A DNA stretch of 61,828 nucleotides, the filler included, from Platydemus manokwari (Eukaryota): NCBI GenBank assembly GCA_037951405.1. It is 5 parts of 5 records of this genome, joined end to end, with 100 filler letters (N's around TTAATTAATTAA, not from the genome) between each part and the next. Parts side by side here need not be neighbours in the genome. Positions count along the whole stretch, not along the records: positions 1 to 8,896 come from JBBMOY011333094.1; positions 8,997 to 25,967 come from JBBMOY011129218.1; 3 more parts are not named here. One strand, given 5' to 3'. The notes below the pieces were generated by a model, which was given only the letters and a program-made list of their open reading frames with translations, did no database searches and was not told where the DNA came from. Below are positions 1 through 13,000 of the stretch, in pieces. The position numbers were made by a program, and so were the translations under genes. The stretch's first letter is position 1, and each line of letters starts with the position of its first letter.

Positions 1-1623
1 ATAATTTGAAACAATTATTATCAAAAATAAGATAATAATAATTTCTGTGTTGACATTTATAAATTCTAATTGATAAAATTATTATTAAAATCGTAAAATC
101 ATCAGTTGCTTTCATTAAAATTTATTTATTTAAAAATTGCGCGCGTTTCTTTCAATATTTAAACAAAACTCATTTTTTATCTAATTATAAAAGCAATTAT
201 TTTGATAACTATTTCGATGAATTGTTATGATTTTTTATTATTGTTTTAAAATTAAAAAAAAACATTGATAATGATTTAATATCGCGCTTCATTTGTTTCA
301 AACATTTGATAAATTGGAATCACCGCTGTTAAAGGGTGTGGCTTGAAAATGAAAAATATTTCCGGAAATTCGATTCCTGAGATTGATAATCGGTTAAATT
401 GATTCATCAAGATATTTTCATTTGAGTGCTTGATAATATCAATAATAACTGTTAGATGTTGTAATTTCATGAAATTACAAACGGTACCGATATTCAGATA
501 TCAATACAAAAGCATATTTAACCAGGCATTCCAAAAATTATTTATCATTTGTATTGCTTAATATCAATATATTTTCTATTTAAAACTAATACAGCATTCC
601 TATTGATTGATAACTCGTCCTAGCTGCCAATTCTGTTAATCGCCACATTTTTAAAAAATATTTTTTAATGATTTATTTTTATTTTTGACATGATTATGTT
701 GTTTTAGTATTGATTGTTCATTCTTCATTGTTCCTTATTTATTGCAAAACGAAAGTGTGTAAAGTTAACTGTTGTTTATAAAATTGAAATTTTGAAATTC
801 CGTTAGTCAGTTATTAAAAAATACTTCGACAGGTCCGATATGTTTGATAAGAAAATTAAAAGTTCGTTTGATTTTTCTGATTTATTATTTTTCTTAGAAA
901 AAACTCCTTTTAACCACCTCATTTTTCCAATTCCTTTAAAGTGACGATTAGGAGGAGGAGTACAGTATTGATATAAATGGATTTTTGAACTACAACCTCT
1001 TCACCTTTCGTCAGAATTTTTCTTATCTATTTTCTGTATTCTGTATGAAATTCCTTATATATTCTTTATTTTACATTCATTTTATATTTTCTCTTTATTC
1101 TGCCTCATACTTTTATGCTACTGATTTTCGCAAACTTGAACCTAGTTAACATCATCCCACAATGATATTTTTTATTAAAAATATTTGAACAAATATAATT
1201 TATCATTTGTATGTTTTTAGTCTGAACTGTAGATCAATCTAAATAACAGACAAAGTTATCGACCCTGTAATTTAATTCAGATTATGAAGATTGGTAAGGA
1301 TTAAAATATTTCTTAATGCATATTTGCAACGTGAAGTTATAAGATAGTAAGACAGTGTATTGTATTTTAGAGCAAAACTGGTGCAGTTGTGTTTGTAAAG
1401 TAAATTAAACTTATATTTCTTTTGGCCAGAAGGAAATTCTGAACTGATAATTCATCAGGTTTGACGAGACGTAATCCACAATTATGACACTAAATCGATA
1501 ATTTATGGTTTTACCCTAATAAATAGGTATATATTTTTATGGAAAATATAAATATAAAAATAGAAGCGTTGTCTTTGACAATAAGAAGTTTTTATAGAAT
1601 GAGGAGTCATATTCGAAACCTAG

Positions 1624-1925
1624 GGCCAGTTACTTTTAAATAGCATCAAAGTTAATATTGTTAATTATAATTTTAAAAATAATAGCATCAATAATCATAA
1701 AAATAATTATGAACATGAAATCAACATCAACAATAATAATAATAAAAATAATAGAGGGAGAAGACAAAATAGGAAGTTATCTAAAAGATATTTTTTAGCA
1801 TGGGTGAGTTGTTTTGGATTTATGGTATCGTTTGGAATTCGATACAACATCTCCTATGCGATTGTGGAAGCAATAATGATAATACAAAATTCATTAATGG
1901 TTCCACATCTTTGATCATGCATATA
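1624..1925 (+). CDS. Vesicular glutamate transporter (SLC17/VGLUT, eat-4-like), TM1 exon; 5' boundary uncertain; contains a 1-nt frameshift near 1868
   Basis: Manual translation gives LSKRYFLAWVSCFGFMVSFGIRYNISYAIVE, matching the VGLUT signature (P/S)KRY..A....GF.ISFGIR.N...AIV. After a 1-nt shift it reads SNNDNTKFINGSTSLIMHI and ends at a phase-0 GTAAG donor at 1926, compatible with the next exon. Confidence 0.75.
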
Positions 1926-2184
1926 GTAAGCATTGATTTGAAATAGATTTCCTGTTGTTCGCGCTCTCGAAATCCATTAAATCAATTTATAATAGATAAG
2001 AGTCCCATTAAAATATTCAATTTTCATTTGATTCCCCAAGGTATGAGATGGAAATGAATTTTGTTTTGTTTTATTCTTTTCAACAACAAAAAAGTAGAAA
2101 GAGAAGTTATTTTTCAATTGCCTCTTCTACTATTTGTCTCGAATTTATTTGTGAGATTTTCTGATTTCTATTAATATCACACAG

Positions 2185-2418
2185 AGACCCAGTTTCACAT
2201 GGTCGTTGGGAGTGAAGAGTCTGGTGGATGCATCGTTCTTCTTTGGTTATTTGATCACTCAAATTCCTGGTGGAATTATCGCCAACAAATTTCCGGCAAC
2301 GCGAGTGTTTGGTTTCGCCGTTTGTTCGACGTCGACGTTGAATCTACTATTACCAGGTGCATTGAAAGCACACTTTTCCTTGGTGATGATAATACGAATA
2401 ATGCAAGGCTTGGTTGAG
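2185..2418 (+). CDS. VGLUT/SLC17 exon (TM2-TM4)
   Basis: CAG acceptor ends at 2184 and GT donor starts at 2419. Translation RPSFTWSLGVKSLVDASFFFGYLITQIPGG...FPATRVFGFA...LNLLLPGA...IRIMQGLVE is typical VGLUT. The downstream exons (GVTYPACHG...) were not found in the window. Confidence 0.9.
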
Positions 2419-2970
2419 GTATTGTTTTCTACAATTTTTCTTGATTTTGAAGTTAATAGCTAATATTCTATTTATTTTTTTATACTAATATTATTAATAT
2501 TACTATTATCATTGTAAGTAGTATTCCTATTTAATTTTTTATTTTTATAAAAATTAGTATTATTGGTTATTATTATTTATTATTTTTATTTTTATTATCT
2601 ATGATAATTATATTTACCAGATAGAAATTAAATGGGGAATAAAAAATATTTAAAATATAAAATTAAAATCAATAAATCGAACAAAAAAATTTAAATTATC
2701 CACAAAAAGTTCATCGTAAAAATTTGAAAAATAATTTTGTCATCTTAAAAGTAAAATAAAAAATAAATGTGACAGAATAACGAGTTAAATCAATTATCAG
2801 TTAAAACAAAATACCAATTAAATTCAGTAAAATAATAATTAGATTTTGTTTATATTGATGGAAATATTTACTCGATCTCGTGGACATTATTTTGAGGTAA
2901 AAAAAATCGAGATAGATTATTTTAAAGTGGTAATATATTTTTTCAAGTCAATAACTTATAATTAAATTGA

Positions 2971-3225
2971 TTGGTTAAAGTTAAGAAAAGGGCTCCTAAA
3001 ATAATTGTTTTTAATTTATTAAATGTATTCCAAAAATCTATCTAGTTTATTTAATTATATTCTTTAATAACATTTTGAATTTTTTATTTAAGTAATTAAG
3101 AAGAATTTTAGTTGTCTGAAATCAAATATTGAATACATTAGAACTTCAAAATATTCAAAAAGATGATTATTTGAAAAGGGGATCAAAGTAGGTCGAATTG
3201 AAATTTATTGAAAATTTGAGAAGTT
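2971..3225 (+). mobile_element. MITE family A, 5' partial copy
   Basis: Aligns by eye with 3744-3995 and with the reverse complement of 22810-23050. Starts with the TIR-like GGTTAAAGTTAAGAAAAGGG. Confidence 0.75.
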
Positions 3226-3299
3226 ATTTTTATGACATTTTTTACCAGTTGTAAGGGTGAATTTATTTACTCTGTTCATTCGATAAGACAATTTTGAAG

Positions 3300-3416
3300 A
3301 TGTCGAATAGAGACGAAACAAAATTACCAAACGAAGTTCTTATGATAAGATTAGAGGATCTATGATTTTCAGATTTTGAAAATTTAAAGATTCTTATTAT
3401 TTTCAAATCGACTTAG
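3300..3416 (+). pseudogene. F-box-like gene fragment
   Basis: MSNRDETKLPNEVLMIRLEDL*FSDFENLKIL resembles the F-box consensus LP.E(I/V)L..I..YL...D...L. Contains an in-frame stop. Confidence 0.35.
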
Positions 3417-3569
3417 AAAAATATTGACATGTTTTACACTGTAACTTTGATTATTCTCATTGAATAATTGTAAATTTTTAGATTATCTCCTCATTTGGGT
3501 CTAATGTTAAATGAAGAGTTCTTGAATAATTTTCAATAAATTCCAATTTGACACACTTTGACTCGGTTT

Positions 3570-3730
3570 TTACTTTTTGATTTCAAACTGCTAAAATTTC
3601 ATTTAGATGACAAAAAAAATAATTAAATAAACTATATAGTTTTTTGCAAAACACTCAATAAACTTAAAATTTTATTTTAGGATCTCCTTATTGAATTTTA
3701 TTCCAAGATTGGTTTTCTTAATTTTAGCTG
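3570..3730 (-). mobile_element. MITE family A, inverted partial copy
   Basis: TTTCAAACTGCTAAAATT...AATTAAATAAACTATATAG...ACACTCAA...TTTTCTTAATTTTAGC is the reverse complement of the family's 5' portion. Confidence 0.65.
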
Positions 3731-3743
3731 AAAATCAAATTCT

Positions 3744-4315
3744 TGGCTAAAGTTAAGAAAAGAGATACTAAAATAAAAATTTTAATTTGTTGAGTGTAAT
3801 GCAAAAATCTATATAGTTTATTTAATTATATTCTTTAATAACATTTTGAATTTTATATTGAAGTACTTAAGGAGAGTTGTAGTTGTTTGAAATCAAATAT
3901 TAAATACACTAGAACTACAAAATCTCCTAAAAATTGATTATTTGAAAATTGCATCAAAGTAGGTCGAATTGCAATTTATTGAAAATTTGAGAAGTCACAT
4001 TTTTTTAACATGAGAAACAAATAGAGAGATGTTCTCAATTTGTACATTTTTTTATTAAAATAACCAATCATATTATTAAACATGTCTGTAATTAACTAAC
4101 TTTATTTATAATTATAAAAATTTAAAAACTCAAATAATCATATAGAAGTGTTGTGATTAGAATGGGAACTTCGTTTTAAAATTATGTTTTGTCACTATTA
4201 GAAATCTTAAAAAATGAGATATTAACTGAATTATACGAATAAATCAAACATTATAATTATATAAAAAATTAAGTTATAAATTTATCTGATGCTTGATAAT
4301 TCGTTATTGCAAAAG
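3744..4315 (+). mobile_element. MITE family A, near-full copy
   Basis: Long colinear similarity to 43474-43985 and to the reverse complement of 22490-23050, for example AATCATATAGAAGTGTTGTGATTAGAATGGGAACTT and ACTGAATTATACGAATAAATCAA. Confidence 0.85.
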
Positions 4316-7300
4316 ATATTTTATTTTGAACAATGTTGACTAAATGGAAGGCTTATTGAGAATCTAACAATTTCTATCCGAATTATATAAATTAATTAAT
4401 TAAGATTTACGTTTATTTTAAATTTATTTTATCAAAACAATTTTTATTTCTTTTATGATTTTTCTCAAAATAACGCTAGTGCGTCACCTTCGACATAAAT
4501 CCCAATTTAATATAATTAAAGGTCGATATCATTAATAATCGCATTAATTCAGCTCGAGCTATGACATCCATTTCATTTACTAATTACTTGTCGTTCTCCA
4601 GTTCTTCTACAAGGCATCGATCTTGCATTCAGAGCAAATTAGGACATAAAATGTCACTTGATCCAACACTGTTTTCCAGTAATGTTTATTAGTATTGCCT
4701 CGAACATATTTGCACAGACTGGCTCAAGCCAAATAATACAACAAATCAAATAAAGAAAATTAGCTTTTTTGCTGAGCTTATCGCTTGTTTTCGTGTTGCA
4801 GTCACAATATTTTTTTTTCGTCAGGAAATGGGCTTTGTGTGGGATTCTGTGAGCTCATAATAGTCGGTATTGAAATATGGTATTCGTTTATTGAATTATC
4901 GTAAGACAAATGAAAATTTTCTGATACTGAAAACCGTTAATGTGTTGGAAATTCTGGAAATATTGGTATTGGTTTCAGGAAAAATGTTTGTTTTTATTTT
5001 TTATTTTCATTGTCATGGTGATTATGGAATATTTTACTCTTCTGTACAAAAAAAAGATGACAAAAAATTCATGATTTTCAATTGTAATTTTATAATATGA
5101 TTAAGACCTGAAAGACAGCCTCTCGACTTGAAAAGTGTTGAGTGCTTATAATCCCATTTTCGAAGAACATAGCACTTTACCGCCACGATTTCTTTGGAGA
5201 CTAACTTTTCACTTAAAACCTGTCTTACTGAGAAGTGAGAATGGAAACTCTTGTTTGTTTCTATGGTAACGGAATTAGTAAAATCAGTATGGATCGATCT
5301 ATTTAATTAGGGCGAGTTACATAAAAAGAGATAATCGGTAGAATTATCCCATTAAGCAGATTTTCTTAGCTTTTTTCATTTTGATTCTATATATGATCTT
5401 ATTTTACTTGTGAGAATTATGAAAAAGATTATTTTAAAAAACGCACGATTATAAATATTCTGAAGATATTTAGAATTAAAAAATTAATCAAAAATATTTA
5501 TATTGATCGAATTTTGAATTTATTAAAATATAAATTATTCTGACGAAGACCGACATTATTTAAAACTCTCTGAGAATATTATTCGTAATCCTTCAATGTG
5601 TTGTTAAATATTTGTGATTGGAATAGATTTGATTAAAAAGATATTGTTTTGAAATTCAACCCGTTGGAACTCTGAAATGAAACAGCTATCGCTAGCGGTA
5701 TAGATTGATGACAATGTATTTTCTATTAATTGATTATTCTCGTAGAAACCATTGATTTATTTAACCCCGAATCCTTTTTTGGTAGCATCAGTTGGTCTCG
5801 ATGCCACTTATGGTTGTCAATGTTTGGGATTCTAATATACTGATTTTCATTCTTGACAATGCAGTTACTTCACCTTGGACACAAAGAAGCATATATTAAG
5901 ATTTGATTTGATATCTGGATATCTTCAAATGTTTAGTACTTTTCCAATTGATGGTGGAATTACCTGCTTAGATCACAAATATGAAGAGCAGACGAATGCC
6001 CAATGAAGTTTCGAATGGCTTCGTTTCGAATTACATGTGAGAATTTTAAAATGAATTACAATTCTGATAAATTATTACAGTTTGGTAATAAAAAAATACT
6101 AATTTAGCATTAGCATAAGTATAATTTTATTAGTTGTGACTTTTCGATCATTTCCAATGCGGGCTTTATAAAATAATGGTGGCTTGCATTGCACAAATGT
6201 CGACTATTTTTCGTAAGCTCGTTATAAATGCATTACAGATAAATCGTTTATTTGCATTGAAATATTAGAATATCAAATCTTGTAACTCTTTGCTATTCTT
6301 TTCTGAATTGGATTTATATTTTTGTGTAGTGGCTTTCGTGTATGTCAGTGATAATGAACCAATGGTGAAAATGTTTAATGGACAAGCCTTGTGAAAATTT
6401 GAGTAGGATTCATCTTGATAAACTTCCGAAAATGGCCAAAGCTCATCAATATAAGAAAATTTGTTTCACTAGTTATTCTTTTTATTTTGCTAGTCTTGTA
6501 ATGATTAAAAAGGTTTGTGGATTGAATTATTATCACCTCCATCAGTTATTTCGCTGATCGATCGATTCAGAGTTCTTTCTCTCTAATAGTAATCTAGAGT
6601 CTCTGGAATTCCAATGAAAACCCAGAACCTTCCAAATTTTTAATTGGTTTTTAAAATTCTATATCGAACTGGAGAAATAAAATCAATCGAAGCATCTTGA
6701 ATACTTCAAAGAAAACCCGACCAACATAGGAGACAAAAATATCAATGTATTCAATGATTTTATTTCTAAGAGCTGAAAGATTGATTTATTATTTGTTGCT
6801 GTGTTCTTCATTTTAAATTAGGCAAGCATTAATTCTCTCTGTTACTCTGGTATCGTGATCTATGAGAAGTAATTATTCAATGCTGCCCGGTATGTTTATT
6901 TGTCGATGCCTTGTAAAATGAAACCGCGTTGAACTGAACCCATATAAGTGTAGGGATTATTGGTAGTATTAAAAGCACCGCATTAATCAATACAATAGTA
7001 TAAATTACACTACCATAGCCTGCAAATGGTTTCGGTTGTAAAATCATTTATAAATCATTATCAGAAATTCATTTCCATTTATAGCTGAATGATTATTCGT
7101 TTCTCCATAGAAACACGAAGGTCGATTTATTATTTCTCGAGAATAGATAAAAATATTGTTACTACCTTGATTAATATTTAATGATTGATATTTAATGGTG
7201 GATCTAAGTCCCTCCTATTTAATAAAGCACGCACTGAAAACGAATTGAAAAGTCGTAACGCATAAATGCATATTTAACCAAGTTATTTATACAAATTTCT

Positions 7301-8850
7301 ATTTTTAAATGAATCTGTAAAATTTCAATTCATTTTAAAATCTTCACAGTGTGTGTGTGGCCATTTCGGCCTAATATTGTCAAATTTTGGTTTTTTTGAT
7401 TCTTCAAATGCTTCGAAATTATGAATTATAATTTCTCAACTAGTTTTCTTGTCGAATAATCATTATTAATGGATATTTTTCCCATAGCTCGATTAATATG
7501 AGACTCACTTTATTTTATAACTTTCGTTATGCAATACCAGTTGTACCATCATAAAGTAAACAATGGATTAAAGGATCATTTGTCAATGAAGACGAATTTG
7601 ATAATCTTTCGATAATCTACAATTCGTCATGATATTCGTTCCAGAGATGTTTAAAAATTACAATAAAATTCACAGAAAGAAATACTAATTTTCTCATCGG
7701 AAATAGATCTCAAGAAATAAATTGTCGAGATATTTTCAAAAGATTTCTAAAAAGACTCGAAGAAAATAGTTTATTCATTTTTACCTAAAGATATCGGGGG
7801 TATATATTTGATAGAAACGTTGGGAATCATTTTTGTCCTCATGGTGAATCGATTTTAAGCAAAACAATTTTTTTCCAATTTTTAAAATATTTTTGACATC
7901 AATTTTTTGTTTAGCATCTAAACAAACAAAAACCAACCCAAAAATATTTTCACCCTTTTAGTTTTACAGCAAATTACACACACGGCATACACATATCATT
8001 AAAAACATTTCATTGATTTATTCCTAAATCAGCCTAAGAAACTTAACGAATACATTCACATTCAGGATTTATGCACCGAGTCATATTGATTTACATGTAT
8101 ATGTGTAGAATTTGAAAAGGCGAATCCAATATTAATATAAATAGCGATGTTTCTACCCTTATATACTGATATTTATTTAAATTTTTTGTGTGTATGTCAG
8201 ATTATTTGTGTTCATTAACATTTAATTTAATAAGTAATATAAAGGAAAAAATTCTCAAAAAAAGAAAATAAAATTATCTCTCAAATGTATTTGTCAGATT
8301 CTACAGACTTATATAAAAGAATATTTAATAACATTTCTCATTCGCTTATTATTATAATCGATAAAAAAATAAAAGAAAACAAAAATAATTAAAAAATTAA
8401 AAATAAACCCAAACATTTGATTTGATATCACTAAACTGTGGAACCCAACATGAGAGATGAGTTCAATAAGAAATGAGATTTATTAAATTGGATTATTCAC
8501 ATAAATCGAATTACAAAACGAATGGGATAATGACCAGATTGTAATCGGTTACACTCATCAATCAATACATGAATCTCTATTCTGATGCAGTTTTCATCTA
8601 CAATTCTAATTAGTCTGCCAGGATTATTTCATCTAGTTCAGTTGATAGTCATTTTTAATTAATCTTCATCACTGACGACGCTTGTCAAATACCGGTTTTA
8701 TTTTCACCTCAAATATAAATTTATTCCATCGATTTCGACGACTGGGGAGATTAAACAAAAATAATTCAATTGAATCTTGTTACTCCAGTTTTTGTCAATA
8801 GATTTGGTATTGTTTTTCTTTTAGGAAAAGAATTGATTATATTATGTGGT

Positions 8851-8896
8851 ATTATATTATATTATATTATATTATATTATATTATATTATATTATA
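8851..8896. repeat. (ATTAT)n microsatellite running into the contig end
   Basis: About 9 perfect ATTAT units. Confidence 0.95.
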
Positions 8897-8996
8897 NNNN
8901 NNNNNNNNNNNNNNNNNNNNNNNNNNNNNNNNNNNNNNNNTTAATTAATTAANNNNNNNNNNNNNNNNNNNNNNNNNNNNNNNNNNNNNNNNNNNN
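8897..8996. other. Artificial assembly spacer (44 N + TTAATTAATTAA + 44 N)
   Basis: Exactly 100 nt. The palindromic linker puts stops in all six frames and is identical at four sites. Confidence 0.98.
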
Positions 8997-9242
8997 TATT
9001 ACAATTGACTCTTATTAATATTATTAAAATAATTATTATTGCTCACATAATCTGAATAATTTAAATTCTTTAATATTAAGCCTTTCGACTGATGTATGCA
9101 TGAATAATTGTTTATAAAATTCCTCCTAATGATTCAGCGGTATTATCTAATTCAATAATCCTATTAACCTCATATACTGGTGAAGCTTATTAATCTGTCA
9201 TTTGAAAATATTTTATTAAAAATTCATAAAATAATTTTTCAG

Positions 9243-10072
9243 CTCTTCTTTGGCTGTCTTGGAGAAACATTGAAAGCCAAAATACAAGGTTCGATTCAAA
9301 TACCACTGGATCTATCCATGATAGTTCTCGTGCTTCATTTCAAAGACGCAAACGTCATATACTTTCATCTACGGAATGTGCAGGGTCCAAAAAGGGAATT
9401 TTTGTGGGGCTTGTTACTATGGTAGCAGCTATCGTTGACCTGGTTGTCTTTCATATTTTGGTTCAGAAGCCTAATCTTCGATTAACTGCTCTTCGTATCA
9501 GCTACTCGTTCGAAATAGCATTAATAATGTCAGCTACCGTGGCTACGGTCTTGGCCTGTTTTAAAATGCAAGATTTACTATTCCAGCCTCGATTTCATTC
9601 TCGTTGTATTACTCAGAGATTAGAAGAAACACTTCTTCTTGTTTCTATGATTGCAGGAATATATTTGCATGCGGTGGCAAATATTGTCGTCGGTCGTCTT
9701 TATTCTGATAAACCTCCGTCTCCATTCCTTTTAATAGGATCTCTTCTCTCGCTTCTTCAAGCCAGTGTACAAAGCATATTCATTTGTACGGGTTTGAGAA
9801 GAGTTTCTTATAAAACAATTCATGAGAGAGACAAACCAGGTAGAGAGCTGGTTGCCTTCCTTTTATTAGCAAATACTGCTCTTTGGTGCCTCCATTTATT
9901 TGAACAACGTAAACTTGATAATATATCCTTCCTCCATCACAAAGTATTTGGCCAATGGCCTTGGGCCGTAATCAGTCATGTAACAATCCCTTTAATTCTC
10001 ATGTTCCGCATGGTATCTATTATTGCCTTAGCGGTCATTTGGAAGCAAGCTTATCAATTCGATTCATCTTGA
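9243..10072 (+). CDS. Otopetrin-family proton channel, terminal exon (C-domain)
   Basis: TTTTTCAG acceptor ends at 9242. Reads (A)LLWLSWRNIE...ECAGSKKGIFVGL...LEETLLLVS...LLQASVQSIFI...KPGRELVAFLLLANTALW...FGQWPWAVISHVTIPL..FR..S...IWKQAY, all otopetrin motifs. Upstream exons are absent. Confidence 0.92.
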
Positions 10073-13000
10073 TTTATAAATTGTAATGTGATCAAGCCAG
10101 TATTATATTTGGGCTACAATGCCTGATTATCATTTAAGATATGTGCTTTTTGATGTTTTTATGAGTTGATTTATATTGATTTATTAATGATCCACTTTTA
10201 TCTTGAAATAAAATAGTTAAAATTTGTTTTAATTATCATTTTATTATAAAAAAACAAATTCAGCTGTTGAAAATTTGTCAGTAGTTAATAATATCAAATT
10301 AATTAAATTATAATTTTCATTTCTTTGACTGAATTATAAATATTGTATTCGATCATTTAAAATTTCATAAATGCTTAAATATGAATAATTTATGATATTA
10401 CCTTATCTATTAAAAGAAGATCTGCTTATTTTTAACTGTAAAATTCAATGAATATAGAAAATAACATTCGACGAATTATGAACATACATAATCAAACAAA
10501 TAAACTGATTCGAGAAAACCTGAAATGGTTCAATGACAATCATATTGGCCAAGAAAAATCTTTAAAACTCTCGAAACGAAACATAAAATTATTAGGCTCT
10601 CTTTAAATATAAATATGAAATGTAAACTTCGTAATTATAAGATTATTATTATTACAAAAACAATAATAATGTTAACATTATATCATTAACTAAGATAAAA
10701 TTCGAAATGGAGAATTTCAATTCTAATGTTGGGGCTACCATGAGTACTGCTCCACACACTTTTTAGTCAATATTTTGTCTGGTTAAAGAATAAACAAAAC
10801 TCTTGAAATCAAAATGTTTTTAATTAAATCACAATATCTAAAAACAAATTACACAAACTAAACAACGCAAAAGACGTAGCGGTTGAGCAAGACATAATTT
10901 GTAGCAGTAAAAAATTAGCCATAAAAGACAAAAATATGGTGGATAGAGGCTTCTTAAATTTTACGTGCATATGTTGTTGCATCAAGTTTTATTCGTTTTA
11001 AAATTAATTTCGATTCCAGCATTTTATGCTCTTTACGTTTTGATTGGTCGATAAAAATATTGAGGTATTTGATAGGCTGTTGATCTAACATGTGACCACG
11101 TGTCTGTGTTATTGTTGATCAAATATGAGTGCTTGTGTGTTGGAGATTATCATATATGTTTTCGGACAGTTATATGGGGTTAGCTTTCTGCGATTGACTC
11201 CCTGATAACTTTCACAAACCGCGATAAATCTGCATTCCGGTATTACCTATTTACACTACTATTCAATGATCAACAATCCAAATTGATTTCGTTTAATGAA
11301 AGCTGATTTTGATTTTTTCGACAACAATTTTAAAAGGAACAAAATACTCGAAATTGGTGTTTATTTGCTTAAGACAACCGAGTTTACGTTTTAAAACGTA
11401 TTCGTATGTTAGTCACATTTTAAATTGATTTATCTGTTTCCAAAATACTTCTGAATGAATAAAGACTAGTGACGGATATTACCGGATTGTGAAAATATCC
11501 AAATATAATATTTGGAATAAAAGAGGTACTTCAATAATAATATTCCAATTATAATTTTCAAATCACTCATGGAAATAATACGATATTTTTTGATTTTTCT
11601 GCTCAATATGTTTAACAGTTTTTGTTGACTTACTGTTCCATATTATTTTTTGGTTGTAATTTTAGCTTTTATTCAAAATAGGTACCACCTCACAGAATTT
11701 TCCAGTTCCTTTTCTGATAATTTTTATATTATATATGGTTTAGAAATTGATTGGCTATTCCTTTTCAAAAATCGCCTGAATCTTATTCATTCCCTCATTT
11801 GTGACAATTTTCATTAATCCTTTATTTATGTTTTTTTTTATTTTTCTTTAATTTACAATTAATGAAAATAATATCAGCTAAAGAAGGCTGGTACTTATTT
11901 ACCATTTTATAAATATGTTATGATATTATTATTACAATGATATTATAATTAAATTCTAATCAACACTATGCTATTGGTATCACATTTATTTTCTTTCTTT
12001 TTTGTATTACAGCTTCCAGACGCATTATTGGCTATCAATGTTACTTTCCTAAACAAAATTTCTATTAATTGTAAAATCAAGCCATTTATTTCTATTTGAG
12101 TATCTTTTGTATACAGATTTTTCTAATACGAAATGTCTTTTTCACTTCATTATCCGAAAACATTTTAACATTTTTGAGTTAACAGTTTTTACATTTTTTC
12201 CGAAATGTTGTAACGCTTGAATGGCAGAACTTCTTATCAATTCAGATTATGTTAATAAATCGATGAATTTGCCTTTATATTCGTTTGTTTTGCAAGTTGC
12301 ACATCTGGAGAGAACATATGTTGTAATAAATGATTCTATTAAAGGAAACATAAAGTTGACATTGTTTCCAGTGAATAATAACCATTTGCATAGCTCAAGA
12401 TTTTAAATTGCATTGCTGAACTGCAAATGAGAATAAAAACCATTTCTAAAAATATATAGTTCGTGATCAAGATTTTCAGACAGGAATGATCACGCTGTTT
12501 TCTCATCTTAACATATTAAATTTAATTACTTGTTTGATGACTTGCAAATGCAAAAATATTTTTTGATTTTAACGAGAGAAATATTTAATATTTTCATTTT
12601 TTAACCTGGGAGGATTAATCATAGAAGTCTAAGATATAATTAATAATCGTCTAAACTATTTTTGAGGAGTTTTTGCTTCAACTTAAATATATTTTTAATT
12701 AATAATCGTTGAAGGTGAAATCCAAAAATTTCCAGCGTATTAAAATTTAAAATCTTTAGCTTGATTATGCCGTTGAAATCATTTAGATGATCAACAATAT
12801 TACCACAAAAGAAACAAGCACAACTGGTCACCTAAAAATGGAATTAATATTACCTCCAATTAGATTTATCTCATTTACAAAACATATTTTTATGGATTCT
12901 AATAGGACTAAATTACTTGAGTAATTTACGATTTTATCTACACGTGACTATGAGATGAATACTTTTAACGTACTTGTTTTTTTCAATGTTCTATTTATAA

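Noticed and set aside
4870-5100. HCHG as the next VGLUT exon (PACHG)
   Set aside because: The flanking residues do not match GVTYPACHGIW and there is no suitable acceptor.
5790-5835. VGLDATYG as a MULE transposase catalytic motif
   Set aside because: It is too short, and no other MULE motifs are recognisable nearby.
6700-7030. Alternative genetic code (TAA/TAG read-through) to explain the interrupted frames
   Set aside because: The real genes in the window have no in-frame TAA/TAG, and the Kv gene terminates at TAA. The stops reflect decay.
8941-8952. Palindromic TTAATTAATTAA repeated four times as a possible biological motif
   Set aside because: It is always centred in exactly 44+44 N, so it is a synthetic six-frame-stop linker.
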